Positions 6,222 to 6,275 of a stretch of 6,275 nt of DNA are shown piece by piece. The notes beneath the pieces are model-generated. The model worked only from the letters and a program-made list of their open reading frames with translations. It made no database searches and was not told where the DNA came from. Position numbers and translations under genes: made by a program. Every line of letters starts with the position of its first letter. The stretch's first letter is position 1. The stretch spans positions 1 through 6,275 of IMG/VR virus record IMGVR_UViG_3300000281_000051. One strand, 5' to 3'. The stretch comes from a virus.

Positions 6222-6275
6222 TTATTCTTGTGATGATTTTATTTTGCATCATGTTAAACAATAATTTATTTAAGT
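6222..6275 (+). repeat. Terminal redundancy that comes from circular permutation: nt 6222-6275 are identical to nt 1-54. The unit genome is 6221 nt.
   Basis: Exact 54-nt match between the start and the end of the window. Confidence 0.95.

Noticed and set aside
6222-6275. 54-nt direct terminal repeat, initially considered as an LTR/TIR or integration-site duplication.
   Set aside because: The match is exact, and it joins the AT-rich leader to the non-coding region seamlessly. The simplest explanation is circular wrap-around of a 6221-nt genome.

Overview
This window is one complete, circularly permuted Microviridae (small ssDNA phage) genome. The last 54 nt (6222..6275) repeat nt 1..54 exactly, so the unit genome is 6221 nt and the window wraps the circle. 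All convincing genes are on the + strand and tightly packed. They are: a 76-aa basic protein (56..286); the rolling-circle replication initiator VP4/Rep (289..1836), which carries a CxxC Zn-finger plus RCR motifs I (LFITLTY), II (HYHLLLWG) and III (YITKYMVK); an unusually long major capsid protein VP1 (2026..4368, 780 aa); a 101-aa protein (4375..4680); and the DNA-pilot/minor capsid protein VP2 (4709..5860), which has a Gly/Ala-rich N-terminus and a long coiled coil. A +1-frame ORF starts inside the 3' end of Rep and fills the whole 189-nt Rep-VP1 spacer. It encodes a 91-aa single-pass membrane protein with a Ser/Asn-rich tail, and its stop overlaps the VP1 start (TAATG). This is the most interesting candidate new gene, a possible phiX174 E-like lysis or membrane protein in a lineage that has no annotated lysis gene. 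The single large non-coding region (5861..6221 plus 1..55) is relatively GC-rich. It carries a GAGCG iteron-like cluster, two 8-bp GC palindromes, several small hairpins and an AT-rich putative promoter with an inverted repeat. It is the likely control and origin region. No start codon has a Shine-Dalgarno motif, and the capsid is very long, so an Alpavirinae-like, Bacteroidetes-infecting lineage is more likely than a classical gokushovirus. That assignment is inference only.
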